Shown: piece by piece, positions 1 to 12,960 of the stretch
Numbering within the stretch: position 1 is the stretch's first letter
Layout: each line of letters begins with the position of its first letter
Origin: Octopus bimaculoides
Taxonomy: Eukaryota
Assembly: GCF_001194135.2 (NCBI RefSeq)
Contig: NC_068984.1
Coordinates: forward strand, 14,951,593 to 15,015,592
Length of the DNA stretch: 64,000 bases
Reading direction: 5' to 3'
The notes under the pieces: model-generated
Told to the model about the DNA's origin: nothing
Seen by the model: only the letters and a program-made list of their open reading frames with translations
Database searches by the model: none
Made by a program: the position numbers and the translations under genes

Positions 1-90
1 GTTCGACTAAGATTCTTCAAGGTGGTGCTCCAGTATGGTCGCAATCTAATGACTGAAACAAGTAAAAAAAAAATATAAGAGAAAAGATAT
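1..90 (+). mobile_element. SINE family B, 3' tail (truncated by window start)
   Basis: gttcgactaa...ggtggtgctccagtatggtcgcaatctaatgactgaaacaagtaaaa matches the 3' ends of the copies at 5485-5900 and 22735-23135. Confidence 0.75.
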
Positions 91-539
91 ATATAAACTG
101 TATGTATAAGCAGAAAACGGGGGAGGGAGAGAGAATATATGTATGTCTCTATATCTCTATGTCTGTTTGTGTGTATGTATGTATGACTGCATGTATGTAT
201 TATGTACGTACGTATGTATGTATGTAGGTATGCATGTGTGTGTGTGTGTGTGTATTTATATGTGTATGTATACATGTAGTCTACATAGTTTCTCCATTAA
301 CACTCATGTATGCTTGTAGCATTAATTTACTGTACAGCTATTAACACTCATTCACTCAAACTTTCTCTATCAATACTCGTGTCTGGTTTTATCACGAATT
401 CGAAAAGTCTTGACTGTTTTTTATATATTGCGAAAGGTCTTTATGTGAGGTCGTTTCTGTATTAAAATTTCACTCTTGAGAAATATGATGAACAAACGAA
501 TTTAAAAACTTATAACTTTTTCTTTTTTCCTCTCTGTCT

Positions 540-950
540 TTCTTTTTCGACCAGACTATCAGATGTCCTTATACATCGCTGATCACGACACATTTCCATT
601 CTTTCACCCATTATACACTTCTCTTCCATTTGGGGCAGAATTATTTGACTGAGTCATCTTCCCCTTGTCTTGGAGGTCTGGTCTTCCGTGTGGTGTCTTC
701 CGATTTCTTGAATATTAATCGACAACAGCATGGGTTCATCCGTTGTTTGTGAGTCTTGCGACGTGTCTGGTTCAGCGGAACATATCCTTTCAGCATTCCG
801 CGATCATGTCGTTCACTTCATTGCGTTCTCGAATTATTTCGTTTCGGATCTGCTTCCGCAGTGATATGCACAGAATGGATCTATCCATGGCTCGCAGTGT
901 TGCAGCCAGTTGCTGTTCTTCCTTCTTCGCAGTAGTCCACATATCATTTG
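540..950 (-). mobile_element. RTE-clade LINE, degraded 3' RT fragment
   Basis: Minus-strand translation WTTAKKEEQQLAATLRAMDRSILCISLRKQIRNEIIRER...RHVARL...GRP resembles the RTE post-RT region (QRAMERSMLGISLRDRIRNEEIR..GHVAR..GRP); contains stops. Confidence 0.75.
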
Positions 951-954
951 CATG

Positions 955-1340
955 TCCCAACCACATGGTTTTGAGATCAGTCCCACTGCGTGGCACCTTC
1001 GGCAAGTGTCCTCTGCTATAACCTCGGGTCGACCAAAGCCTTGTGAATGGATGTTGTCGATGGAAACTGAAAGAAGCCCATCATATATGTACGTGTATGT
1101 GTGCGTATGTGAATGAGTGAGTGTATGAGTGTGAGTGGGTGGGTGTGCGCGCGCATGAGTCTGTCTATGTGACTCTGCCCCTACAACAGCTTGACAACCG
1201 GTATTGGTGTGTTTACGTTCCGTAATTTAACCAAGTTTAAAACAAAATATGTACTGGTGTCGATTCATTTATCTAGAAATGTTTTAAGGTGGTGCTCCAG
1301 CATGGCCGCAGTCTACTGATTGAAACAGGTAAAAGATGAA
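955..1340 (+). mobile_element. SINE family B (tRNA-derived head, internal TG microsatellite)
   Basis: ccacatggtt...cagtcccactgcgtggcaccttcggcaagtgtc...gaccaaagccttgtga core shared with more than 10 other copies in the window. Confidence 0.8.
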
Positions 1341-2502
1341 TTGAAGATATAATTCGTTATAAGAGCGTCTGACGACTGACCCCTTATAACAACCTACGTC
1401 GGTAAGAATTAGATATTTAAACTAAGGGAAATAACTCAAGTGTGACCATGGCATGAACTTAGATAAATTCAGAGGCGATTATTAAATGACATCTGTAAAA
1501 TATTATTAGTTAAATTGAAATTTTAACTGAGAGAAATGTTTGTTTCCGTCATTCAATAACCACTCCTTGAAACAATTTTTAGATTGAAATATTCTAATGT
1601 TTTATCTTAAAACCACTACGAGGGAACCTTTACGTGGTCACTCAGAGTACTAGAAATAACTGCTAAATCTCCTTCAGGTACCATCCAGGACACACTGCGA
1701 TCATTGTTCTGCGCGATCAGATATGGTTTATTGTAATATGAACACAAGGTCACGAATTTTGAGGAAGGAATTTTATGCATCTGATGGACCTCAGAATTTT
1801 ATTGTTGCTTATTGACGGTAAGAAACTCTCAAGAAAGATGAACGACAGAAGGTCTTCAGAAGAGAAACCCACCCGAGGCTAGTGTTTCCGCCCTTAACTT
1901 CTTACACTCTAAAGGGGCAGGGCCGCATCCAGGTCATAACTTCTGGGTGCCCATCTGCTGACACTTTTAGCCACCTGGATACTGGAGACGTGTGCGTTTA
2001 ACCCGCATGGTGATTTGAAACAATGAAATTAATGATAGTAGCGTTCTCCCGCGATAGACTAAAGCGAATTTGAACCCAAAACGCTAAGATGGATGACTAA
2101 ATATAAAAAAAGGTACTTCACCAATTTTTCCACTCCACCTCCCTGTCTAGAAGCCTTACAAAAATGATATCCAGTTGTATACGTCATTCATTGATCTTTG
2201 AATCAATGGAGGATTGTATTTCTGATTATAGAAATCTTGGAAACTGTTATGCCTCAACGAACATCTTTATTATTAAATCACTCGTAGAAATACCCGGTGT
2301 TGTTCGGGATTAAAATAGCATAGTTTGTATATACATTACAGTTATGTCGAAACAGGTGATACGAGAAAGTTCAGCGTCGGCAATAAAACATTTGTGGAGT
2401 AAATAATCAGTTAATTCGACTAAGCAACATGTCATTCGTCCGTTTGGAATATTCCAGGCCCTAACTTGCCATGGAAAATTGGAGGTGAGGATATGTGTAT
2501 GC

Positions 2503-2756
2503 CTTTGCTGATCTTGAGAAATTCCCATCTTGCTTCTGTCTTGAGGCAGCATTTGATGTGAAGCAGCATGGCTTTGCTAATGTTGGGAAAGTCTCATCTC
2601 TCTTCTCTCTTGAGACGCCATTTAACATGCTGCAGCATGCATTTGCTGATCTTGTGAGTCTCATCTCCCTTCTGTATTGAGACTCCACCTGACGTGTCGC
2701 ACCATGCTTTGCTGATCTTGGGAAAGTCTCATCTCCCTTTTGTATTGAGACTCCAG
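2503..2756. repeat. Diverged 69 bp tandem repeat, about 3.7 units
   Basis: Units start tttgctgatcttg(g/a)gaaagtctcatct at about 2503, 2572, 2641 and 2708. Confidence 0.75.
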
Positions 2757-3199
2757 TAATTTAAGGGTAAATATGTAATTGTAAATACCTTGCAACCTTG
2801 CAACAGCTGCGATAATTATGGACAGGTAATTGAACGGTAAATGTGCATTTTTATATACCTTGGACCTGTCACCTAATTGTTTTTAGTCATGAGTTTCCCC
2901 TCCAGCCGTTCGTTATGTCAGTCAACACACATACACTGATACACTACTACGCTGTCATGGCGGTAAAGACGGAAAGTTGCCGATGCGTAACGTTGTTCGC
3001 ATTAGGATATAAATTATTCATTTATTTATCACAGTAGAATTAAAAGTGAAAGAATAATAGTGAAACGATATTATATGACATTACAATGTAGATCTTATTC
3101 TTTAAATTTTGACACGTAATATTGAACCAGTGCCAATGTCATATTGTTTTAATCCAAATGAAAGGAAAATTACATGTTGACACTCACGGCGTCTGATAC

Positions 3200-3310
3200 T
3201 ATTACCTTGTAAAATTTGATTTGATTTGGTCGAGCCGTTTGAGAATGCATAGAGAACAGACAGACAGACAATGAATTTCATATATATAGACAAGGAAGCC
3301 AATTTGTAGA
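3200..3310 (+). mobile_element. Helitron/Helentron-derived non-autonomous element-like 3' end
   Basis: aaaatttgatttgatttggtcgagccgtttga...(CAGA)n...atatatatagac resembles HINE/DINE-type ends. Confidence 0.4.
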
Positions 3311-4039
3311 CAGAACTTACAAACCCCGTTTGAGCGTATAAAGCTCTAGAGGAAAATAGCTCGAGTGAAAAAAACTGGAGCCGCTTTAGGATAGCTTTTT
3401 CTAACGCATGACCGCTCAGTGGCGTGGTGGAAATCCCATTGGTTAGTAATAAAGGCTTATCGGTTGTATGTGGGCCCCCTAGCGGTCATACGTACGCATG
3501 CATGACTGCACGCACAACGTTTTTCGATTGAAGGAGAAATGTAAATAGTGAATTTAAATAGACGGCGTGCAAAAAAATTTTAAATAAGTAATGTTGTAGG
3601 GAGAACGTACAAATACCGTAAAGACAAAAATATTAGCGCACGACAAAATTGAAATACACTGATGTCAATTTTTAGGTAGTTGTGGCAAAACTGAATTTAA
3701 ACACACTGGATGAACAAAAATTTAAAATAACTAAATCATTTTTCAGGGAGAATGTACAAAAATCGTAACAACAGAGATTTTTACGCACAACTAATTGAAA
3801 TAAACGGAAGAGAATTAGTAGACAGAAGTTAGTAACTGTGTGAGTCAAAGAGAAAGAGAGAGAAAGAAACAGACATAGACTAAAGGAGATGAACTATTAC
3901 AGAGGGTGAGAGAGAATATGTGTAAGCAAGCGAAACAGAGAATGAGCAAAAGAGAGCGAAAAGAGAAATAAACAGAGAGAGAAAAGAGAGAGAGCCGGTT
4001 GAAAACTGCAGAGGCTTTTGGAGAAAGACCCGTGTAAAA

Positions 4040-4284
4040 CACCGTTTTTCCCGGTTTCTCGCTTTACGCGAGAGCTCTGGGCAAAATGCTATAGTGCATA
4101 ACCATCCTCGGCATATAAGTAATGTGTGTGTGTGTGTGTGTGTAAAGTTTGGTGAAAATCGGTTGAAAACTGTAGAAATGCATACGAGCTACACACACAG
4201 ACACACGCACGCACACACAGACACACGCACGCACACACACAGACACACGCACGCACACACACATACACATACAGCCATCCTTTG

Positions 4285-4326
<42 letters not shown>

Positions 4327-4544
4327 CGGCCCCACTTTAGTTCANNNNNNNNNNNNNNNNNNNNNNNNNNNNNNNNNNNNNNNNNNNNNNNNNGTGTGTG
4401 TGTAAAGTTTGGTGAAAATCGGTTGAAAACTGTAGAAATGCATACGAGCTACACACACAGACACACGCACGCACACACAGACACACGCACGCACACACAC
4501 AGACACACGCACGCACACACACATACACATACAGCCATCCTTTG

Positions 4545-4584
<40 letters not shown>

Positions 4585-4605
4585 CGGCCCCACTTTAGTT
4601 CAGAA
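4040..4605 (+). mobile_element. HINE/DINE-like element end with CA/CG microsatellite, duplicated across an N gap
   Basis: aaagtttggtgaaaatcggttgaaaactgtag...(CA)n...atcctttgttatatata; the segment is present twice, on either side of the gap at 4345-4393. Confidence 0.45.
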
Positions 4606-5484
4606 AAAGCAATAATTTCTTTCACAAATAGACGCGATTTACATAAAATTTAATATATTAAGGGGATTGTCCCCGCCATCTCTTCACTTCTACCTGATAT
4701 TTGACTCATCATTTGTCATAAATTGTACCAGAAGTGGTTAAAAGCTGGAGAGGATCAACACTTTTCCTTTGCTCCGTATGAATAACAGCTAACAGTTAAC
4801 TGTATGCTAGTTCAGAGACACAAATGAAAAATACCATCCAAACTGTTAAATCATTTGAGTTCTGACATTAATATAGAACTGACAAATTCCCCGAGGACAT
4901 CTTTAATGGAGGCAACCTAACCAAGTCACTGAACTTTGACAATAAAATCAACCAAGAATTACGAACAAAAGAAGTGTTATAAAAGTCTTGAAATCAATGA
5001 AGGTAAACAAATAGAACATTCCACAGTGACGGATTTAACACATTGTAAGATTATCCATAATGAATCTTAACTCAACACATAAGAGGGAAACAATAAACAT
5101 TGCAATAATCCTTGCAGCTGTAAGATACAGTTTCAATGTAATAAACTGAAAGTTTCAAAAGATCCAAAGGTTAGGTTCACAAACAAGAACACTGGTGACA
5201 AAATTCAAGATACATCACCCAAAACCTGAAACACACCGTGTTTATATCGCTAGAGGAAATGGCGAAGAAGTTGTCGCGTAACTAGAAATGGTTTATAGAG
5301 CCTTCATTGTTGAACCAGATGTTTATCACCAAGGAGAGATAGACTTCTTATTACTGTTATAAAACATGACAAAACTAAGTTGCTGCATTTAAAGTGGAAA
5401 ACTCGCAAAACTATATATAGTAGGGAGAATTATTCTAATCACGTGTGTCTTCAACACACGCGACCACGTTATCATTAAACACAC

Positions 5485-5641
5485 GAGTGGCTGTGTAGTA
5501 AGTAGTTTGCTTACCAACCGCATGGTTCCGAATTCAGTCCTACTGCGTGGTACCTTGAGCAAGTGTCTTCTACTATAGCCTCGGGCCGACCAAAGCCTTG
5601 TGAGTAGATTTGGTAGGCGGAAACTGAAAGAAAGCCGTCGA

Positions 5642-5690
<49 letters not shown>

Positions 5691-5900
5691 TTTGTGTCAG
5701 TGTTTGTCCCCCGCCACTGCTTGGCAACCAGTGTCGGTGTGTTTACGTCCCTGTAACTTAACGATTCGGCCAAGGAGGACTATGCAGATGAGTACCAAGC
5801 TTAAAAATAAGAAGTGCTCGGGTCAATTCGTTCGACAAAAGTTGTTCAATGCGGTGCCCCAGTATGGCCGCAGTCTAATGACTGGAACAAGTAAAACATT
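5485..5900 (+). mobile_element. SINE family B, full length
   Basis: Head gtggctgtgtagtaagtagtttgc (A box-like) and ggttccgaattcagtcc (B box-like), internal (TG)n, 3' tail gactggaacaagtaaaa. Confidence 0.85.
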
Positions 5901-6772
5901 TAAAAAAATAGATGAGATATCAACCTTCCACTTAAGAAAATACACACCTCAGAGGAATGAACCAAGTAACAGCTGCAGAGAATTAAAAATGGTACGATTC
6001 TTTAAGATATGCAAAGACATACAAATGCGAAAACAGCAACGAACGGTTTTGATATCTTAATACAATATATGATATTTGGGCTTTGTCCGCCGATGACTGC
6101 TGGCCAACAAATAATTAGCGTTAAAAAATTTTCTAAGTACAAAGGTCGGAAAATAACTACACCGAAAATGGGAATTGTGAGCAATGAAACTAGATAGAGA
6201 GTAGAATAGGAAATGCTAGAGAAAAATATTAGAGATGAAAATTGCACACACACACACACACACATCCAACGCATTGAGTTTTCTAACAGTTAATGCTTGC
6301 ACAATGTAAAATATATTTTTCTACTGCTGCATTACTATATATATATATATATATATNNNNNNNNNNNNNNNNNNNNNNNNNNNNNNNNNNNNNNNNNNNN
6401 NNNNNNNNNNNNNNNNNNNNNNNNNNNNNNNNNNNNNNNNNNNNNNNNNNNNNNNNNNNNNNNNNNNNNNNNNNNNNNNNNNNNNNNNNNNNNNNNNNNN
6501 NNNNNNNNNNNNNNNNNNNNNNNNNNNNNNNNNNNNNNNNNNNNNNNNNNNNNNNNNNNNNNNNNNNNNNNNNNNNNNNNNNNNNNNNNNNNNNNNNNNN
6601 NNNNNNNNNNNNNNNNNNNNNNNNNNNNNNNNNNNNNNNNNNNNNNNNNNNNNNNNNNNNNNNNNNNNNNNNNNNNNNNNNNNNNNNNNNNNNNNNNNNN
6701 NNNNNNNNNNNNNNNNNNNNNNNNNNNNNNNNNNNNNNNNNNNNNNNNNNNNNNNNNNNNNNNNNNNNNNNN

Positions 6773-6884
6773 NGTCGCTTAAATAAGTACCAGTTACGCA
6801 CTGGGGCTGATATAATCGACTTAATCCGTTGTCTGTCCTTGTTTGTCCCCTCTGTGTGTAGCCCCTTGTGGGCAGTAAAGAAAT

Positions 6885-6890
<6 letters not shown>
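6773..6890 (+). mobile_element. SINE family C, 3' part (after gap), followed by (AGAT)n
   Basis: aaataagtaccagttacgcactggggc...gtctgtccttgtttgtcccctc...aaagaaata is identical in pattern to the copy at 17195-17428. Confidence 0.75.
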
Positions 6891-6934
<44 letters not shown>

Positions 6935-7080
6935 TTCAGTTTCCGTCTACCAAATCCACTCACAAGGCTTTAGTCGACCCGATTGCTCTAGTAGAAGACA
7001 CTTGTCCAAGGTGCCTCGCAGTGTGACTGAACGCAGAACCATGTGGTTGGGAAGCAAACATCTTACCACACAGCCACGCC
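6935..7080 (-). mobile_element. SINE family B, 5' part
   Basis: Reverse complement of the family B head and core. Confidence 0.8.
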
Positions 7081-7104
7081 TGCTCCTAGCAAACTTCTTA
7101 ACAC

Positions 7105-7121
7105 ACCACAACAACAACAAC

Positions 7122-7177
<56 letters not shown>

Positions 7178-7194
7178 TGATGATGATGATGATG

Positions 7195-7258
<64 letters not shown>

Positions 7259-7280
7259 CAGCAACAGCTACAACTACAAC
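7105..7280. repeat. Compound trinucleotide microsatellite (CAA)n(TAA)n(GAT)n(TAA)n
   Basis: Direct reading. Confidence 0.95.
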
Positions 7281-7790
7281 TTCAAATTGGCAGAACTGTA
7301 CCAGGAGTATGATTTGCACTAAAAGAAAACTAATGATAGCTATTGATCGATATATATATATATATATATATATATTTATTGATGATCGATATCTTTGATT
7401 TACCTATTGAAACTCTTTCTAACATAGTTCTACACTCATTTTCATGTCTGAACAAAATTGATTTCTCCTCTTTGTTTGCACACTCCCGACAACGGCACAA
7501 TTCTTTCATTTGTATTGCATTTACCGACAACTATTTCATCCACAATAAAAATGAATGCTCCCTTTGTAGAGCCAAATTTAGCAGTTCATTAAACAACATG
7601 GAAAGAATCGGGAAAAGGCGTGGGTATGAATGGTACGGTGTCTTGATTATCTTGATGCAGACAAGACGAAGATACTACAAGACGATAACTGCATTTATCA
7701 GATGCTTCAGTTCTAATAAACACGTTCTCACGTGCACACGCGGGCGATATAAGAATATATGTTCTTTATATCACCTTTATATTGGCTAGA

Positions 7791-8174
7791 GTGGAGGCGC
7801 AATGGCCCAGTGGTTAGGGCAGCGGACTCGCGGTCATAGGATCGCGGTTTCGATTCCCAGATCGGGCGTTGTGAGTGTTTATTGAGCGAAAATACCTAAA
7901 GCTCCACGAGGCTCTGGCAGGGGATGGTGCAGAAACCTGCTGTACTCTTTCACCACAACTTTCTCTCACTCTTACTTCCTGTTTCTGTTGTGCCTGTAAT
8001 TCAAAGAGTCAGCCTTGTCACACTCTGTGTCACGCTGGATCTCCCCGAGAACTACGTTAAGGGTACACGTGTCTCTGGAGTGCTCAGCTACTTGCACGTT
8101 AATTCCACGAGCAGGCTGTTCCGTTGATCGGATCAACTGGAACCTTCGACGTCATAAGCGACGGAGTGCCAACA
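7791..8174 (+). mobile_element. SINE family A (tRNA-derived), full length with 11 bp TSD
   Basis: gtggaggcgcaatggcccagtggttagggcagcggactc...gtttcgattccc head; flanked by ATATTGGCTAG at 7779-7789 and 8175-8185. Confidence 0.9.
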
Positions 8175-8409
8175 ATATTGGCTAGGTTAGTCCACATAAC
8201 CCCGTTAGGAGCACAAAGCCAGCTTCCCAGCTTCTCTGTCTTATATCCTAGTGTTAGATAAATAATTTAACGAAGCAGCTGGGGAAAAGTATTTACATGA
8301 CTCACTACGATTACTGTTACACAAGGTTAAACGCTCTCAATCACGGCTCACAGTGAATTGCTTGCCAATCAATTGCTCACTGTACTGTATTATATAGCAA
8401 TGTGTCAGT

Positions 8410-8648
8410 CCACTTTTAGTCACTTGGGGGTGGACGGAATCCTTCCACAACACTCTGGTGTGTGTATTCTCCCCTAGGAGGAACGCTGGTCCGTCGCAGG
8501 ATTACTCAATTTTTACAGCTGAGTGGACCGGAGCAACTTGGAACGGAGTGTTTTGCTCAAGAACACAACGAACCGCTGGGTCTAGGAATCGAAACGACAA
8601 TCTTACGATCATGAGTCCAACACCCTAACCACTAAGCTATGCGCCTCC
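8410..8648 (-). mobile_element. tRNA-derived SINE, separate older family
   Basis: Minus strand begins gaggcgcatagcttagtggttagggtgttggactc...tttcgattcc (tRNA-like head), followed by a core containing cacaacgaacc...agcaac...cagctgtaaaaa. Confidence 0.65.
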
Positions 8649-8699
8649 TCATTATCTTTATATTACGTAGAGGGAAAATTCCAGTTCCAGCATTCAATC

Positions 8700-9110
8700 T
8701 TCGAAAGAAGAGAGGTCGGTCAAAAAGCCAAACTTGCTCTCTTCAACTTGTTTTTCGTGACTACCCCCTCCCGCGTCCCACTTCTACGGTCATGAAAGTT
8801 GAGTAATGACCGAAAGAGTGCGAATACAAGAGGTTGAAATGGGGTTTTTCCGGAGGATCTATGAAATAATGTTACTCGACAAGATGTGCAGCATGGAGTT
8901 CAGGGAGTTTCTTTAGGTCGGGTTGCTACGGAAGTCACAGCTCCGGTACCGTGGACATGTGGTTAGAATGTAACGAGAAAGAATCACAACACGGATTCTT
9001 CAAGCCGAGCCAACAGGCAGGGGCCCTATGAGATAGCCTAAGAATGGAATGGTTTGATAATCGTCATCGTCTAGTCAGGTGTCGCACTATGTGATGCTGT
9101 GGTCATCACG
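8700..9110 (+). mobile_element. RTE-clade LINE (Rex3/Expander-like), degraded 3' fragment
   Basis: Translation YGHES*VMTERVRIQEVEMGFFRRI...KSQLRYRGHVVRM matches the RTE C-terminal YGHE.WVMTER.R.Q..EM.FLRR...SQLRW.GH..RM pattern. Confidence 0.75.
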
Positions 9111-9115
9111 ATGTC

Positions 9116-9790
9116 TTGGGGTTAATTCACCCGGTTATATCCACCCCTATCTCATAAATTTGTGACTGGGTATCAAAGATCAGAATGAATTATTTCACCA
9201 ACGACAGTGACGTAGTAGACGCACGTGGTGCCGGATTAGATGTAGCTAATAGTATTTGGTTCCCTCCCGCTGCGTTCTGAATTTCAATCTCACTATGTTC
9301 AAATTTGATTTTCCTTCCTATAAGATCAATAAACAAGTACCAAGCATGTATTGACACCGATTATGTCCTCTCTGCCACTCTCTGACCTATTTGTGGCCTT
9401 GTGCCAATCACAGAAATCATTACTTACTCATGAAAATCTATGTAAAAATCAATATAAAGAATTTATTTACGGAAATAAAGGAATATTGCCAATACAGTTT
9501 GTTCGATATAAAATCCAATTATAAAGGATGTAAGGTTACACCTAGAATTTCAATGTCGACAATATGCTTAGAGTAAATAAATCACAAAACGGAACTAAAT
9601 TTAATAAAGATTGAAACAAAAAATAATGGAGGCCAAAGCGAAAGATATATGAGATGCAAGTTTAATTTTGTTTCTACTGCAGTTAAATTTCGTTTTTCAT
9701 TCGTTGTATTTTATAAGAATTTGCTAATACCGCCAACAATATCATTATCATGTTATATTATAGTTACATTTTTTCGATGTTATATCTCAG
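9116..9790 (+). repeat. Left arm of a ~675 bp inverted repeat
   Basis: Reverse complement of 13055-13728; the 61-codon ORFs 9391-9576(+) and 13268-13453(-) translate identically. Confidence 0.9.
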
Positions 9791-9829
9791 TGTATGACAA
9801 ACAAATTATGAACACTAATAGTTAAAGGT

Positions 9830-9985
9830 GCAGATGTGGTTGTGTGGTAAGAAGTTTGCTTCCCGACCACATCACTCCGGGTTCAGTCCCACTGCGTGGC
9901 ACTTTAGGCAGGTGTCGTCTGCTATAGTCTCGGGCCAACCAAACCATTGCAGGTGGATTTGGTAGACGGAAACTGAAAAAATTCT
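9830..9985 (+). mobile_element. SINE family B, 5' part
   Basis: gtggttgtgtggtaagaagtttgc...ggttcagtcccactgcgtggcac core. Confidence 0.8.
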
Positions 9986-10299
9986 GTCCTAAGTGAAAGA
10001 TAAAAGATATATGTGACCTATAACGTAGGCACAACGACACCCATTTCAGTGGAAGTATTTAGTTATTTATTTTATATTGCCCTTGGAGAATTACGACTCG
10101 TTGATTACAGATTTTCCAGCCAGTCATAGGGTCGCGGCGTTACGGTAAAAGTGTAAGGGGTTATTTGTAACTTAGTGCAGAACAAACACTATAAAGGTCT
10201 TCGCTTGAAAATCACCAGGTTTTCGTTGCTTTTATTTTTTTCTTGTCGATATTTACATCCGTTGTTGATATCCGTCGGCGAAAATTACATACATATAGA

Positions 10300-10344
<45 letters not shown>

Positions 10345-10864
10345 ACACTCACACATACACACACTCACACATACACACACGCATTTGACAGGCTTTCATA
10401 TAGTTGCCTTCTATCAAATTCCATTGGTCTTGTGGGCAGGCATTCGTTTATACGTTATATTTGTATACAAGAATAACAAAATGAACTCAATCCAACTGAA
10501 ATTTAGCTATCCATAAACGGATCATCTCACCCCAAGAATTTGTTTGAAATACAAGCCAAGTGGCAACAATGAGTTCTAGAAATTTCACATTTAATGCTAG
10601 CTAATAACATTAGCTACAAAACTTTGAGTAATTATTTCAGCAAAGAAAAGTCGATAGAGTAAGTAGAAGATCGGATAAAAATACTTTGCAATATTTATTT
10701 CACTTTAGATCAGAAACTAAATGCTAATAACTGATCTGTTAGCTAATAACTGACTGTTGGAAACCTGTAATTAACGACATTATAATCCGCTAATAGCGAT
10801 ATAAAATATATGACTATACACTTCCCCTTAAATGTGTGTCCTTATGGCTATGCTAGAAATCATA

Positions 10865-12100
10865 GATTATTATTATCATATGTTTGACCTCAAGAGACAA
10901 CAAGTTAGAAGTTCATGTTGGTGTTATGCCTAGAGTGTCATAGATTTGGTTTTGCACATAGTATTGTTCTAGAGAATGTTTAAGAAAACAAGAAAGTTTG
11001 TTTTAAAATTTGAGATTACATAGCCAGTATTTTAGGTAGGATATGGGCAGTTCCCATGAGCACTATCTTTTGAATTTCTGCCATTTTGGGGTTTCCTGGT
11101 ATCTGAGCTAGGTAGCAATCAGCCTCCTTTTCTATCATTCCTAGGGCACCTATGACAACAGGTATTGTTTTAGTCTTCAGGTTCCACATTTTGCCAATTT
11201 CTATTTCAAGATCTTTATACTTGCTCAGTTTTTGGTAGGTCTTGACAAATACATTTATATCGATTGGGACAGTCATATCAATGAGGAGGCAGGATTTTTG
11301 TTTGAAGTCTTTCAATATAATATCTGACCTATTCGCATCTATCTTTCTGTCAGTTTGAACAGTGAAGTTCCAGAGGAGTGAGATGTGATCATTTTCAAGC
11401 ACTGGAGATAGTTTGTGTTCTCACTAGTTTTTATCATGGGGCAGATCCATGTGCACTGTGCTGCTCTATCATGCCTGATGAGATACTCTGTAGGCGCAAG
11501 AAGCATGCACAAGATGACAACATGATCAATGGTTTTCATCTTGTTGTTTGCATACACGACATGTTGGGCTACTGCTGTTCTTTAATATATTGATCTGGTA
11601 GTTTCTTGTAGGTAGGAATTGATCTTGGGTTGCTTTGATAAACCCTTCTGTTTCTAACTTTAAGCCAAAAGACACTAACCATTGATGAGTAAGCACTTTG
11701 TCAACATCGGCACTATTTGTTCTCTCTGGGTATTTGCCATTGAGAGGTTCTTCTTGCTATTTATCATTAAGAATATCTAAGGCGGCAGTTTTAGCAAGGG
11801 TTTTCATACGCTTAGCTTTTTCTGTGCTTGTTTCCAGTACGCCTCATTCTGGAATTTGTTTGTAATTAGAATTCACTTAGATATTCCTTTGCCTGTTCTG
11901 TTACTGAGTATGATGCTTTCTTGTTTTCATGTTTTGAGACAAGTTTTAACATCCAGCCAGCAGAGTTTTTCAGGTAAGTGTTTAGGCCAATTGTGGCAAT
12001 CTTCATTATTAATTCCAGTTATAAAAGTCCACGGCCACCCTCTTTTCTTGGCAGGTGAAGTTGTTCTGTATCTGCCTTAGGGTGGTGCATTCTATGAGTG
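10865..12100 (-). mobile_element. R4/Dong-clade non-LTR retrotransposon, 3' fragment with restriction-like endonuclease
   Basis: ORF 11016-11402: LWNFTVQTDRKIDANRSDII...IDMTVP...KLSKYKDLEIEI..MW..KTKTIPVVIGALG, plus upstream RHDR; the 3' UTR ends in a short (TAA)n on the minus strand. Confidence 0.85.
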
Positions 12101-12369
12101 CATTCTTAGGGTGGTGCATTCTATGCATTATCAACAATTTTCGTATTTTCCTGTTAAGATTACATATTTCAGTAATTGACCAGTAAATGATATTGAAACT
12201 CTAAGTTACGATCGATATGGCTAAAGTATTGATCGCTTCGATCCTGTTTCTTGCATTCAGCTCTGTCTTGAGTATTACCCTTGCCCTGCGATAACATTCT
12301 CTTCGGATCCTTTCCCGCATCATTAAATCTTCTTCTTCTTCTTCTTCTTCTTCTTCTTCTTCTTCTTTG

Positions 12370-12960
12370 GTTTATTTATTTGCTTTGATGGTCCAGTCTG
12401 TAAATACTGGAAAATGCCAACGAATCGTTACATTTTCACCCTCAGTTACAGCCTCTGGGTGTGTTTGTACCATTTGTCAGCAGTTTTGATTTTATAATGC
12501 CGACACATTATCCAATGTAGATATTGGCCAACTCTGTCACGTGTTGATTTGTACTTTACAGGTGTTAAAACCTTACACCAGAGATTAAGTGGTCCACCGT
12601 TTTAATCACATCGTCAGAGTATCGGCATTTTGGGGTCTACTCCATTTTTCATCACATTGGCTTGATAGTTCCGGGTCAATAAGTTCCGATCTTGAGCAGC
12701 CAAAATAAAGCCTTCACTCTCTGCCTTTAGCCCTGAGCTCCGTTGCCACTGATAGGTGTGCTTCTGGTCTACATCAGCTTGTTTGCTACGGGCCACACAT
12801 TTCCCATGTAGAAGTTTTTGTTCCCGCCTATCAGCCAATTGTTCAAACGCATTTTGCTTTGCTATTGATTTCACATTCTTTGCAACTACAGTTGCTACAC
12901 TTCCACCAAGCTGTTCAACCTGGGAATTATACATAAACTCGCTAGCAAATTTTTTACTCT
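12370..12960 (-). mobile_element. Second R4/Dong fragment (CCHC zinc-knuckle region), 5' truncated next to (TAA)n
   Basis: GLKAESEGFILAAQDRNLLTRNYQANVMKNGVDPK-CRY...TVDHLISG matches the R4/Dong AAQDQ.L.TRNY...CR.C...ET..H..SGC pattern (frameshifted). Confidence 0.8.

Noticed and set aside
4094-4605. Apparent tandem duplication across the N gap
   Set aside because: Identical sequence on both sides of a scaffold gap is most simply an unmerged contig overlap
6283-7398. Long ORFs with poly-N/L/I, HT, YI, CV or X runs here and throughout the window
   Set aside because: These are translations of microsatellites and N gaps
9391-9576. Identical 61 aa ORF present twice as a duplicated small gene
   Set aside because: Starts at TTG, is AT-rich with no recognisable motif, and the identity is explained by the inverted repeat
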